A stretch of 64,000 bases of DNA. It comes from Podarcis vaucheri (Eukaryota). This document shows positions 50,915-62,930 of this stretch, piece after piece (position 1 is the first letter of the stretch; each line of letters starts with the position of its first letter). The notes beneath the pieces were generated by a model that was not told the origin of the DNA, searched no databases, and saw nothing but the letters and a program-made list of their open reading frames with translations. The stretch lies in NCBI GenBank assembly GCA_965113315.1, contig OZ220374.1. One strand, 5' to 3'. A program made the translations under genes and the position numbers.

Positions 50915-52466
50915 TAATGTACTGATCACAGAGCTGTTGGGCTCCCTCTCTCCCTCACCATGTGGATTTCCCCGTTGGGATTGCCTCAGGTCTCCTATCT
51001 TCTCATATAATGAAAATGGGATATTTAAGTTTGGCACACAAAATGAGGAGAGAAGTGTATGTCTGCTATTTTTCCTTTGGTTTCCCCCATTGAGCAGCTT
51101 GTTCCAAAGAGAGGCAAAACAGCAATAAGGATTTTGCTGCTTGCATGCTTGATGACCTGTTTCACACTGTGGCTCTTCTTCTGTATTTATTAGCTTTTGT
51201 TGACAATGACATTTTGGCCTAACATGCATCTGTTCACCTGCAGTGTCCAAATGGCCCTTTGAGAACGGAGACATTCTGCTTTCTGGGTTCACTAGCCAGT
51301 ATTTAAATGTCACTTTTAGCTCCTTTTGAAGTGGCAGGGGAGGAGCCGTGGCTCCCAGAGCTTTTGCAGGGAAATTTGTGACTTTCTGAAAGCTGTGGCA
51401 AAGCTTTTGAAATTAAGGAAGAAGTAAATGACTTTTTACCAGAAATTTATTGTAAGTGGTAGCTGCAATTTTCTAAAGCGTTTCATTTCGTTACTCCGAT
51501 TTCATTAAACTTGGCTGTGTTTCAGTTCTTAATATTGGTGTATATGTTCAATACTGTTTACCTTAATATTGCATGTTGCCTTGAGATTGTTGCTAGAAGG
51601 CGCCTAGGAAATCAAATAAAAATGATCATGATGATAATTTGAAACAGTTAATTGAAGAGGTTATGTTTGTTTTAAATACAATGATACATAAATAAAACCT
51701 TAAAAGTGCCACTAGCTGAGCAGAAGCTGCAAGGCAGGGAATGCTTACTAGGAAGTAACTCCCACTGAAATAAGTAGAACTTTCTTCTGAGTAAATATAC
51801 TTAAATTTGGATCCTAAGTTGAAGCAGCAGCATAATGCTTAGCAGGCGAAGGAGTTAGGAGAGCAGATAAGAAAATGAATGTCAAGCTCTCTAAACCTTG
51901 AATTTCAATCCCCATATACTGCATACTTTAAAGAGAATAGATTAGGAGCAAAGAATTCTTAAACTGCATAAAAGAAGTTGCATTTATGACTCTGGTTTAT
52001 TGAGCTGCCACCTCCTCCTAAATTAATTCATATTTTCTCATCACATCATGTGCGAAGCAGCCTGATTTTTATCGCTCCTGACAACACCTCTGAGATTAAG
52101 TGGAAATTGGTCTGAACCTAAGTAAAAATCTATGGGAAGTTTGCACTGCCAAGGCCTACAAAGGGACTGAAAATACACTCATTTGCAACAATGGAATATT
52201 TGACTCCATCCCAATGAATCTTTGGCTTGTCATAGATATTCCACTCACACATAAATGTGGAAAAGCTATTCTAAAAAGTGGTAGTGGCAAATAACTTTTC
52301 CTGTCGTATTGACATGAGCTGGATCTTAAATGGATGCTGCACACCTTATTACCCCAGTAAATTGTCTAATCTACCCTTTTAACATTTCCTTGTAATGTGC
52401 TAGTAGGATCAGTCACTTCATATGACCACCATGTATCAGAATGAGCCCTTAAACTCAAGTGCAAAA

Positions 52467-53003
52467 TACTGTATTGGTCCGAATACAAGACACACCCGCA
52501 AATAAGCCGCACCTTTAAAATTGAAGGAGGGAAAAGGAAAAAAAAGGTAACACCCAGACTGCTTCCTTGGCGGTGGGGGGAGCTGCACTGCTTTGCTGGC
52601 GGCCTTCCCCTCTTCCACCTTCTTTCCAGTGGCTCGGGGGAGGCTTGGGAGGAGCGGGTGGGCTACGTGCCATTGTCCCACCCTCCTGAGCTGTTCTTAG
52701 GGGGGGGGGAGCCGCTTCTTTGCTAGTGGCCTTCCCTTTCCCACAAAGGCTCTGCGGAGGCTTGGGAGTGGTAAGCAGGCTGCGCACCGTTGCCCCGCAT
52801 TCTCGGGCTGCTCTTGGGGGGGGGGCGCGGCAGAGCGGTGCAGCTTGGGAGCTGAGGGCAATGGCACACATCCTGCTCGCTGCTCCCAAGCCTCCCCAGA
52901 GCCATTGGGGGAAAGGGAAGGTCATGTATATGAGCCACACTTTAACTTCTCGCTGTCAGAATTTGGAGAAAAAAGTGTGGCTTATATTCGGGCCAATATA
53001 ATT
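52467..53003. mobile_element. Non-autonomous Tc1/mariner (pogo/Tigger-like) element with GC-rich interior
   Basis: Terminal inverted repeats tattggtccgaatacaagacacac / gtgtggcttatattcgggccaata; TA at left end. Confidence 0.75.
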
Positions 53004-53030
53004 GGCTCTGAGCAGTCCACAGAGACATTC

Positions 53031-53313
53031 ACAGAGGGGCTTCTGGTGGTTCCCTCACTGCAAGAAGCCAAGTTACAGGGAACCAGGCAGAGGGCCTTCT
53101 CAGTAGTGGCGCCCTCCCTGTGGAACGCCCTCCCACCAGATGTCAAAGAGAACAACAACTACCAGACTTTTAGATGACATCTGAAGGCAGCCCTGTTCAG
53201 GGAAGCTTTTAATGTTTGAGGCATTACTGTATTTTAATATTATTATTAATATTGTGTTGGAAGCTGCCCAGAGTGGCTGGGGAAACCCAGCCAGATGGGC
53301 GGGGTATAAATAA

Positions 53314-53360
<47 letters not shown>
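53031..53360 (+). mobile_element. L2 (family B) 3' fragment with (ATT)n tail
   Basis: EGLLVVPSLQEAKLQGTRQRAFSVVAPSLWNALP plus the family 3' UTR. Confidence 0.93.
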
Positions 53361-53361
<1 letters not shown>

Positions 53362-54570
53362 TCTACAGAGAAGTCAGCAATTAGCTGCATTAATTTACTA
53401 AACAATTTTGCAACTCTCTAGTTGGATTGCATCTGGGTTTCCCTCGAAGCAACGATTAAGAAGTGCTATTATTGAGTCACATCATACCTCCATTTCCGTA
53501 GTTGTGCAGCACTCATCAAACACCGGCAAGTAGGCCACAAAAAGCTGGACTGTATTGTCCTTCTGACTTTGTGGGTTTTGAACGGGAAGTGTCTGAAAAG
53601 CATCCTCTAAGATAATTAGTATGTGATGGCCAGGGGTTTGTAACTTTATAGCTCCTTGGGTCTTCTGATGCTGGCTCCTGCTAGCATTACAGAATGGGAT
53701 TTATCCAGGATTGCATTTATGAAAGACAATTCATCAAGAAACAAGACCTACCGTTCTGTATCTTGGTTTAGCTATAATATAATTTTTCACTGGGAAATGG
53801 GCATCTTCTCTAGACAAATTGGTGTATCTGTTTTATTGCTTGTGCCTACTGTAGTGTCATGCACTTGCGGAATAGGTGCTGTTAAATAGATACATCTATA
53901 TTCAGGGTATCCTCACTGTTTATAGAGAGGAGTCTAAAAATACTTTCATTTCCCCTGCTCAGTGGGATGTTCTGCTTCAGGTGCTATAGAATGATGGGAT
54001 TTAAATAGTTTTATGGCACTTCTCTGTGTTACACATGGGGTGAAAGGGAGAATACCATGTATAATAGATGAACACTTCTGAATGCATTTAAACCATAGCA
54101 GGGTAGGGAATGATTTCAAAGTCTGATTTTTGAAACTTCTTGACCTTTTCATTTCTACTTCCATTTAAACCTCTGCACCCTACAGTAATGCTTGGGGGTT
54201 CAATATATCTTTTCCTCTTGCTTGTTAATGGAGCACACACTTTACATCCGATGGAAGCAGATGTGCATTGTAACTCCTTCCAAAGGCCATGCGTGGGAGC
54301 TCAGTGGCAACCCATATAGATGATTTGGGTATTACGCAGAAGGAGAGACTACAAAACGACAAGTGACTTATATTCCTGTTTCTTTGTAACACGGAACGCA
54401 GCTAGGAGGCTTTCTTTCAGCCCTTAAATAATTTTTATGTTAGGGAACCTGTAGCTCTGCAAAGCACAAATACTATTCTTGGTTTTATTTGTATCCCAAA
54501 GATTGACCCATTTCCTGGCTGAATTGGGATTTGAACCTGTGTCTCCCTAGTTCCAGCTTGACACACTAAC

Positions 54571-54809
54571 TAGGGCTGGGCGATATATTGATATATCGTC
54601 CAAAACCAGTTTGAAGTCTATATCAGTTGCATCGTTTTTGACGTAGCAATATATTGTGAATTGTGATGTCTGTGAGAGTGTGCTATGCAAAAATCACAAT
54701 GTGGAGAAAACCGCAAAGCCAGCCAATGCCTCTACATAGCTCCATCCTTATTTAAGACATTGTGATATACCAGTATATTGTGATTTTTAGCTGATGATAT
54801 ATCGCCTTA
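54571..54809. mobile_element. hAT-family non-autonomous element inserted in a minus-strand tRNA-SINE head
   Basis: Left TIR tagggctgggcgatat, shortened right TIR atatcgcctta, perfect 8-bp TSD acactaac (54563-54570, 54810-54817). Confidence 0.85.
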
Positions 54810-55624
54810 ACACTAACCACCACAACGTGCTTCTTATCATGTTAGCTGTCAGTGTTCCTGTAAAGGGTATAGAAGGATTGTGACGCAGCCTGCACAATAA
54901 AAGCCCTGTAGAGATGACATAGTCTGCGTGTTAGTACTGGATAGGAGCAGAACAGAGTGAATTCCAAGGACTAGCATTGTCCTAAGAGCCAAGACTCTTT
55001 GGTTAAAACAGGTACAGGTTTGTGATTGAAAAGCAAGAGGCAATGTGAATTTGAACAGGATATGAGTACATCCATTGTAAGCTGTGGTTGCTTTCTTCCT
55101 AATCAGACAGTTTAATTATGGCATCAGCACAGTGTGGGAAGGATCAAAGGGTCATTCTTTTTTATTTTTTTTATTTTGGAAGTTTACCAAAAGGTATGGA
55201 GTGTGGGAGAAATCATGAAGTCTGTGTGTTTACAAGTGGGTGGAAGGTCAACAATGCCGTATTCTTTGAGTAGGTGGAGTTCATGCAGGCTGAGGAATGA
55301 GAAACAATGCTTCCCAAACAGAAGCCAGTTTGACTTTCCAGACAGGAATTTGACTGCTTCGCTAACTTGAAGAACGTAGTCTGCAACTGTGTTTTCCTCT
55401 TAAAAATTCATAGTCGTTACTTATTTCCACTATGGTGTCCTTTGGATTGCTTCACCCAAGGAATTGATGTACTCAGAGGTCTGGAACTCTTAGAAAGAAG
55501 AACCTGGACTCAGACTTAGTAGATAACAAGGTTTATTTGGCTGTTCCCTACATGCAGACTTATGGCCTTCCTTCCAGAATCCCCTTTCCACCTACTGTAA
55601 GTCCTGGAACTGCTGACCCTAGAG

Positions 55625-55760
55625 CAGGCATGGCCAAACTTGGCCCTCCATATGTTTTGGGACTACAATTCCCATTATCCCTGACCACTGGTCCTGTTAG
55701 CTAGGGATGATGGGAGTTGTAGTCCAAAAACATCTGGAGGGCCAAGTTTGGCCATGCCTG
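55625..55760. mobile_element. hAT-family MITE (136 bp, hairpin-like)
   Basis: Perfect 26-bp TIR caggcatggccaaacttggccctcca; TSD ccctagag / ccttagag (7/8); degraded relatives at about 10070, 20470, 27110, 30500, 58615 and 62698. Confidence 0.93.
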
Positions 55761-56723
55761 CCTTAGAGCATTCTGAGATCCTGATCTAAATCAATAGCAT
55801 AAATGCATACCCAAGGCCTCCATTGTCTTGTTGCAAACCCTTCTGGTGGTCTCATGTCAACAGGGGCTGTGTCCAAGAAGTGGACATGGCCACATTCACT
55901 TGCACACACCTGCACTCCCTCCCCCAACATAGCATATTGTCCACACACACTCTGCGCACAACAATTTTCCTGTAGTTTGAAGATCTGCCCATGGGCCTCT
56001 GAAGAAAGATTGACAGCCCAGTGCTTCAAAATGTGAATACCGTAGGAAAGAATTGCACCACTGGTTAGATTTTAAAATGAATTTCCATTCCTGCATCTGA
56101 GATTTCTTAGACGATAGTTGAAACAGTGGTTAAATGCTGGAGGTCCTAGCCTGAGCATCCTCCTCCATACTTGTTTTCCACCTGGGAAGAGCTTTTTTTA
56201 TTGGCTTCAGCTTTCTGCTTTTTGCCAAGAGTAAAAGGATGTGCTATGCAGCAAAAGGTCACTCCCCACCCCCACCAAATCCCTACGCTGTGCAATGATT
56301 AAGTTCATGTCTGGCAAAAGCAAAATTTGGCATAGCTTTGGCCCGTGTAAAACATTCTCAGCTACCTGCTGGCCCATGATAGGCACTAAATGCAAACAGA
56401 AATCTAGCACACCAAATTGGTTAAATGAACAGAATAATGTGCTGCTTTGTTACATGCTGGGAGTTTGAAGGGAAAAAATGAGGGGCATTCAAAAATGTTT
56501 GTTCACACCCCACCTGCAGTCTGTGACGGGGGGTTTCACAGTCAAAGAAACTATCCTTCTGTTTGATGTAAACATGTCTTGCTAGTTCAGATATTCTGGC
56601 ATACATTAAGGCTGCTGGGCAATCAAATTAACCTGGTACAATTTAAAGATCATTTAAGTTGCTTTCGCTTAATACCAAATGTGTCAACTGCAATGTGAAA
56701 AGGGGCTTAATTAATGAGAGTAC

Positions 56724-56911
56724 GACTGTGTATACACCACACATTTAAAGCAAACCCCCCCCCCAAAAAAAAAGAATCTTGGGAACTGGAGTTTGTTGAG
56801 GGAGCTAGGAATTGTAGCTCTGCGAGGGGTGAATTACAGTTCCCAGGACTCTTTCGAGGGGGAAATGTGCTTTTAAGTGTGCTTTAGATGTACAGCTGTG
56901 TACAAGCAGCC
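56724..56911. mobile_element. Palindromic MITE, superfamily uncertain
   Basis: Nested inverted arms cacatttaaagca / tgctttagatgt and aagaatcttgggaactg / cagttcccaggactctt. Confidence 0.6.
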
Positions 56912-57155
56912 TAGCTCTTATAATTCCAGACTTGGTTGTCCAGAAAACTACAGTGTAAACTATGTTATTCTCTTACTATGGATGGCCTAATCATGACACA
57001 TTTATCAACAATGTTAACAACACTGAGACAATTTAGCAGTAGTCTCCAAAATGCATGTAAGTTGCAGGTAGCTATTCTGATGTGTTAGGGGAAAATTAAA
57101 AAGTATTAGATCAACTAAAACATCACTGCTTTTAACATTTTAGTTAGTGCTAATA

Positions 57156-57394
57156 CAATGGTACCTCGGGTTAAGAACTTAATTCATTCCGGAGGTCCGT
57201 TCTTAACCTGAAACTGTTCTTAACCTGAAGCACCACTTTAGCCGATGGGGCCTTCCACTGCTGCCGTGCCGCCAGAGCACAATTTTTGTTTTCATCCTGA
57301 AGCAAAGTTCTTAACCCGAGGTACTATTTCTGGGTTAGCAGAGTCTGTAACCTGAAGCATCTGTAACCTATGTATGTAACCCGAGGTACCACTG
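57156..57394. mobile_element. Tc1/mariner MITE
   Basis: TIRs caatggtacctcgggtta / taacccgaggtaccactg, TA on both sides; same family and orientation as 15423. Confidence 0.92.
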
Positions 57395-58852
57395 TAAAGG
57401 TATTTTTCTAGTGTTAACTGTGGAAGCTGTTTTAACATGGGTGGTAATACCAAGATGCCTTGTTTTATTTTTCTTCATTTATATCAGGTATTGACCACCA
57501 TTGATAATAAAATTGCATTAATTAATTGCCACCTGTATAGTTCCTATCAAAATGCTTGCCCTACTTGATCATTAATTGTAGATACCATTAAAGGTGGTTT
57601 TAAAACAACAAAACTAGCAAATAACCTAATTAGAACAGCCCATTTGGTTTTAATGTTGATAATAACAGATTTAATTACAATGACCCAAGGAATTGCTCTT
57701 TTTCTTTTGGTCCCATAAATGAAGTGTTCTGCTCTGGAATCCCAGGTTTATTTCACTTCTTGACTGATGATCAACCACAGTGCTTGTCCATTTATTTTAA
57801 GCTATCAGACAAAGGAATACCAAGATATGTCAAAACAGGCCAAGTCTTGGCTGCAAGATCACAGTTGCTGTCGCATTGCTTTTATCAGCTGCTGTTTCTG
57901 ACAAAGTGCCTGTGTATTTTCTGCTTTCATTTTCTCAAGGAATTCTGCACGCAATTCTTTTGAGTGGAACCGAAGAAACGAAGTAATACTATATGATGTG
58001 TGTTGAAAATTGATTAGTCAAAAGTCCAGAATTTATACACTGGTGACATTTTTCTGCTTTGATGTCAGAGAGGGCAGAAAGTGCACATTCACCTCTCACT
58101 CTAACCTTTTGGAAAGCTTGTGCCAAATTTCAAACATAAATAAGGTTATTTTTTTCAACAGAAAAAAAATCTGAGACGTGTTTTCTACTTACTGTTTCAA
58201 TTCAGATATCACACCAAACCATGATTTGCACAAACCATCATTCAGAACCTTAGCTATTATGCCGACAGAATTGCTTGTTCTACATGTTTCTGTGGCACGG
58301 TAGCACCCAGGGATGAAAACACTACCCTAATTATGATTTCTCAGTGCAGGTATCATTCCTAACCATTGTTAGCATGAACCATAGCTTGCAAACCAAACAA
58401 TGGTTTCAGATTCTGGTTTGGCAACTGGTCACCATCAAGGAGTTCTCCGTTCAAATAGCGCACCATCCAGGAGTTAAATGAGATGTCTAAATTGAGCTGT
58501 TATTTCCATTTGAGAAGCAATGATGCCTGTTAAGATCATCACCCCGTGGGTTGAGTCAAAAAAAGATCTAAATTACTGGGCATGCTCATACCAAAGTAAG
58601 CAATCCTTCAAATCTGGGATGGGGAACCTGCTCCTCCAGATGTTGCTGGACTACAACTCCCATCATCCCTGACCAGTGGCCATGCTGAGTGAGGTTGATG
58701 GGAGATGGAGTCCAGAAAGTTTAATATTTTATCTACCCATCCTTCCTTATAAACAGGTAGTAGCAAAACTTCCTGTTGAAACAAATTCTGTGCCACACTA
58801 ATGACATGTGAGCACTTTGACCGTCGGAATTTGCATCTAATGCAGCAGCTAA

Positions 58853-59065
58853 TATAAGAAGAGCCCCAGTGGAGAATACCAAATGCCTGTCTAGTCCAGC
58901 GTCCTGTTTTCCATAATGGCCAACCAGATGCCTATGGGAAGTCCTCAAACAGGACAGGCAGCAGCCGTCCACAGTAGTTGCTCTCCAGTAACTTGTATGT
59001 AGAGACCTGCTGCCTCCAATACTTGAGGTCGTATGTCAGCATCATGGCTATTCGTCATCAATAGC
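58853..59065 (-). mobile_element. CR1-type long 3'-UTR fragment
   Basis: tctagtccagcgtcctgttttccataatggccaaccagatgcc is the reverse complement of 17034-17075. Confidence 0.78.
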
Positions 59066-59084
59066 ATTACTCATCACCATCCAT

Positions 59085-59270
59085 TGTATTGTAAAGGATA
59101 GAGTGTTGGACTCTGAGCTGGGAGACCAGGGTTTGAATCCCCATTCGGCCACAAAGTTCACTGGCTGACCTTGGGCCAGTGACTTACTTCACAGGGGAAT
59201 GGGGAACGGAAAACTGTGTACGGTATATCACCTTGAGGAAAGGCAGCATATAAAATGTAATAGATTAAAA
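59085..59270 (+). mobile_element. tRNA-derived (MIR-like) SINE
   Basis: agagtgttggact...ccagggtttgaatcccc (B box), then tgaccttgggccagtgact core. Confidence 0.7.
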
Positions 59271-59384
59271 TAATAATTTATTTGTCTAATTTCCCCTTTA
59301 AAGATATGCATGTGGTCTTGGCCTTCACCACACCTTGTGAAAGCTGATTCCATAGTTCAACTGTTCACTGTGTGTGAAGAAATA

Positions 59385-59622
59385 CAGTCGTACCTTGGTA
59401 GTCGAACACCTTAGTTGGCAAATCGGCTCCCGAACGTCGCAAACCCAGAGGTGAGTGTTCCGGTTTGCGAATGTTTTGGGGAAGCTGAATGTCTTCCACG
59501 GCTTCTGATTGGCTGCAGGAAGCTCCTGCAGCCAACCGGAAGCCGCGCCTTGGTTTTTGAACCGTTTCGAGAATCAAATGGACTCCTGGAATGGATTAAA
59601 TTCGAGAACCAAGGTGCGACTG
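59385..59622. mobile_element. Tc1/mariner MITE inserted in a minus-strand CR1 ORF2-end remnant (about 59305-59770)
   Basis: TIRs cagtcgtaccttgg / ccaaggtgcgactg, TA on both sides; left flank ttccatagttcaactg...tgtgtgaagaaata is reverse CR1 sequence. Confidence 0.9.
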
Positions 59623-60482
59623 TACTTCATTTCATTGATGTTGCCTTTCCCAGCTTTCAACTTAATTGGATAACCCCAGGTTGTGAGAGAAGGAGAGAAG
59701 CTTCTCTGTATTTACTTTATAAACCTCTAGCACCCTCTCTCTTACTAGCCTATTTTTAAAAAACTAAAAAGGTCCAGTTGTCACAGCTGCCAGTCATTTT
59801 GTCATCTATAATATGTGTACACATAACAGGTTGTATACATGAGATCTTGAGACTGACTGAGTGAGCGAGTAAGTAAGTGGTTAAATTAAGCAATCAGACA
59901 TAACGATGAAATCCATTGCTTTGCTGGCTCGGGGCTGTCATGAGTTCATAAGTGTTAGAAGTGAGTCAGAAATGAAAACCAACCCATCAGCAGACTTGCC
60001 TGTGATGCCTAGGAATTGTTTTGTTTCACCAAAGCTCTGCGGGTAGCATTCTGCCAGTGGAAATGCAGCTGTTCCCAGTTTCAGATGCTATGCTGTGAAA
60101 ATACTTTCAGGTCTTTGCTATAAACGAGGAGCTGATTTCTATGATATCTAACATGCACTTGATATATGCACATCCTAGGGTTAGACTGTCCTATTTGCCC
60201 TACACAACTGGAGAAAGACAGATTTCAAAATGGGAACACTGGAAGCTGTTAAAGAGGAAAACACAAGCAGATGCTCTGAGTCAGATATAGCTAAATCTCT
60301 GGCACCTTTTGAGCTTTGGCTGATTATTGTTTAGAAGATGGCTGGTACCTTCCTTCTGGTGTTAAAATATTATTTTAAATTAGCCCAAATCTGTAAAACA
60401 TGGAAGGACCCTCAGGTGATTTATATTAATGCAAATTGGAGCTGATGCAAATTCCTCCTCCTAAATATCTAAGGGAGGCCAT

Positions 60483-60870
60483 GCTAAGGGAGCTGGGCAT
60501 GTTTAGCCTGGAGAAGAGGAGGTTAAGGGGTGATATGATAGCCATGTTCAAATATATAAAAGGATGTCACATAGAGGAGGGAGAAAGGTTGTTTTCTGCT
60601 GCTCCAGAGAAGCGGACACGGAGCAATGGATCCAAACTACAAGAAAGAAGATTCCACCTAAACATTAGGAAGAACTTCCTGATAGTAAGAGCTGTTCGGC
60701 AGTGGAATTTGCTGCCAAGGAGTGTAGTGGAGTCTCCTACTTTGGAGGTCTTCGAGCAGAGGCTTGACAACCATATGTCAGGAGTGCTCTGATGGTGTTT
60801 CCTGCTTGGCAGGGGGTTGGACTCGATGGCCCTTGTGGTCTATTCCAACTCTATGATTCTATGATTCTAT
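60483..60870 (+). mobile_element. CR1 3' fragment, same young subfamily as 35401-36865
   Basis: Near-identical to 36467-36860 ([17 protein letters not shown]...DNHMSGVL); ATTCTATG tail. Confidence 0.96.
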
Positions 60871-61866
60871 TATCTCTGTTTTGCTGAAGCATCTTACCCA
60901 CAGCTGGTTCCAGCTACTCAAAGTGCTTATTTGCACACACAGATGGTGCCCCCAAATAAACCGAAGTAGCCAGGAGTAGCCTGGTCATCTATGTCACCTC
61001 ACCCAATGCCGATAGCAAGGCCTGGATGTGTAGTAAGGTTCTTTGTCTGGGTTCTCAGTTGTCATGATGCCCAGCAGTGGACTGCTTGATGATGTGATGA
61101 CTCATTATTACACATTTGCATGATAAGGATTCCAGACTTACCACGTACAAGAAAGGATGAAGAATGGGAAATAACAGGTATTTGTGTCAAGGGTTCATTG
61201 GAAGAAAACAGGTAGATGACCACAACACACCTTTTGGAAGGGGAGAAAATGCATGGGAGAAATATGGGAGCACTGGAAGTGCATCTCTTTGCTCCATCCC
61301 CCACCCCACCCCCGGAAAAAAGCCACAGGACATTATTTTTAAAATATAGGAAATAAGTGCTACTAACTATTATACTGTATCTCAAATTCTGTTATTTTAA
61401 TATAATTGGAGCAGGATCACACCCCCCCCGGTGCCCTTCTAGTCCAAAAGGTCAGCTACATTATAAGATATTTTCTCTTACTCTCTCCTTCCCAAAGTTT
61501 TTTTTTTTTTTAATAATAATAAATTGTGCTCTCTGCCTCTCATCATGCAACAAAGGAGGAAGGTGTTTCTTGTGAGACAATCTCTGGAAAGCTGAAGAGA
61601 GGCCAGAGATGGAGGGGTGGAAGCGAGAGAGGAGAACAGGATTATTTTACATCTCTTATGACTCAGTCAGATGACTCTTGCTGGCATCAAGGAGAATAGG
61701 AGAAGCCGGCTCAGTGAAAGAGAGCAAATTATTTTGTCCTTCCAAGACCACAGGATTCAGACAATGGGAGTAGAACTCAAAGTGAAAAATTGCCAGAAGT
61801 TCAGGGACTGCCTGTTGAGATGCCAGCTCTCCTCTCTCTCAGTTTGGCACTTACACAGAAAATAAA

Positions 61867-62079
61867 TAAAAAAATTTTCTTCCTGTAGCACCTTAAAGAC
61901 CAACTAAGTTAGTTCTTGGTATAAGCTTTCGTGTGCATGCACACTTCTTCAGATCTGAAGAAGTGTGCATGCACACGAAAGCTTATACCAAGAACTAACT
62001 TAGTTGGTCTTTAAGGTGCTACAGGAAGAAAATTTTTTTTATTTTGACTATGGCAGACCAACACGGCTACCCATCTGTA
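61867..62079. mobile_element. Penelope-like-element-derived palindromic insertion (inverted pseudo-LTR remnant)
   Basis: Perfect 172-bp palindrome 61868-62039 plus an unpaired tail; 12-bp TSD acagaaaataaa (61855-61866, 62080-62091); hammerhead-like core. Confidence 0.82.
61953..61988 (+). ncRNA. Minimal type I hammerhead-ribozyme motif, mirrored on the minus strand at 61919-61954; stem I truncated
   Basis: CUGAAGA-A-stem II (GUGUG-CAUG-CACAC)-GAAA-GC-UU-AUAC; palindromic AGCU stem III typical of Penelope minimal hammerheads. Confidence 0.6.
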
Positions 62080-62580
62080 ACAGAAAATAAAAAGAGCATG
62101 AAAAACACTTGTCAATGCACCATCACCACAGAGGAGCCCTGCTGCAGACTAGACTTCAGGGTGCTTCACCAAATCTGGGGAAGGGGCAGATATTTCTCAT
62201 CGCTGCCAGGGCCAACCCAAGAGATGTGTGAGGCAAAGGACAAGATGACACACACATGCCCCTTTAGGCTGACTTGACTGGCAGTTGAATATTACTTCAG
62301 CACTTGCAAACAGGATAATGCCCTCCCACCACATCTGAGGGAGAAAGCAGGCTGGCTCAGGGCATGCCATAGGGCACTGCTCTCCACATCATCCTAGCAG
62401 CTGCCACCTAAGATGGCTGCTTCACTCTGCCTAATGGTAGGGCCGGTATTTATTTCTTGCTCTTGTTGACTTGTTCCATTTACCTTTGATTTCAGAGTGT
62501 GGGCTATGCCTTAAAAAAAAAAAAGGAAAAGAGGCCAAATATTTTACTTATTCTTTAGGATTCTTTAAGTGAAGGTTAAA

Positions 62581-62930
62581 AAGAATCAGGAGTGTTTTGT
62601 GGAACCTTAAAAGCTAACAACATTTATTATGGCATAAGGCAAGCTGTCATGAATAACATTTCATGCATCTGATGAAGTAGACTCTGAAAACATATCCCAA
62701 GGGTAGGGAACCTGTGGCCCTCCAGATGTTGTTGGACTGAAACCCTAGTCCACCCTAGCAAGCATGACCAATGAACAGGGATGATGGGAGTTGTAGTCCA
62801 ACAGCATTTGCAGGGTCACAGGGTCACCAACACTGACTTATACCATAATAAATTTGCTGGTTTTTAAAGGTGCTGCAAATCTCTCTCTTTGTTTTGCTGC
62901 AACAGACTAGCCTGGCTGCTTCTCTGGAAA
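62581..62930. mobile_element. Older, degraded Penelope-type palindromic element interrupted by a hAT MITE
   Basis: Inverted arms ccttaaaagctaacaacatttattatggcataag / cttataccataataaatttgctggtttttaaagg; ctgatgaagtagac...gaaa core; tail gcaacagactagcctggctgc resembles 62050-62079. Confidence 0.7.
62698..62835. mobile_element. Degraded hAT MITE (family of 55625-55760)
   Basis: ggccctccagatgttgttggact...gggatgatgggagttgtagtccaacagcat; 8-bp TSD acatatcc / acttatac (6/8). Confidence 0.8.

Noticed and set aside
55625-55760. Pre-miRNA-like hairpin
   Set aside because: It is explained by the TIRs of a multi-copy hAT MITE with a TSD, and there is no expression evidence
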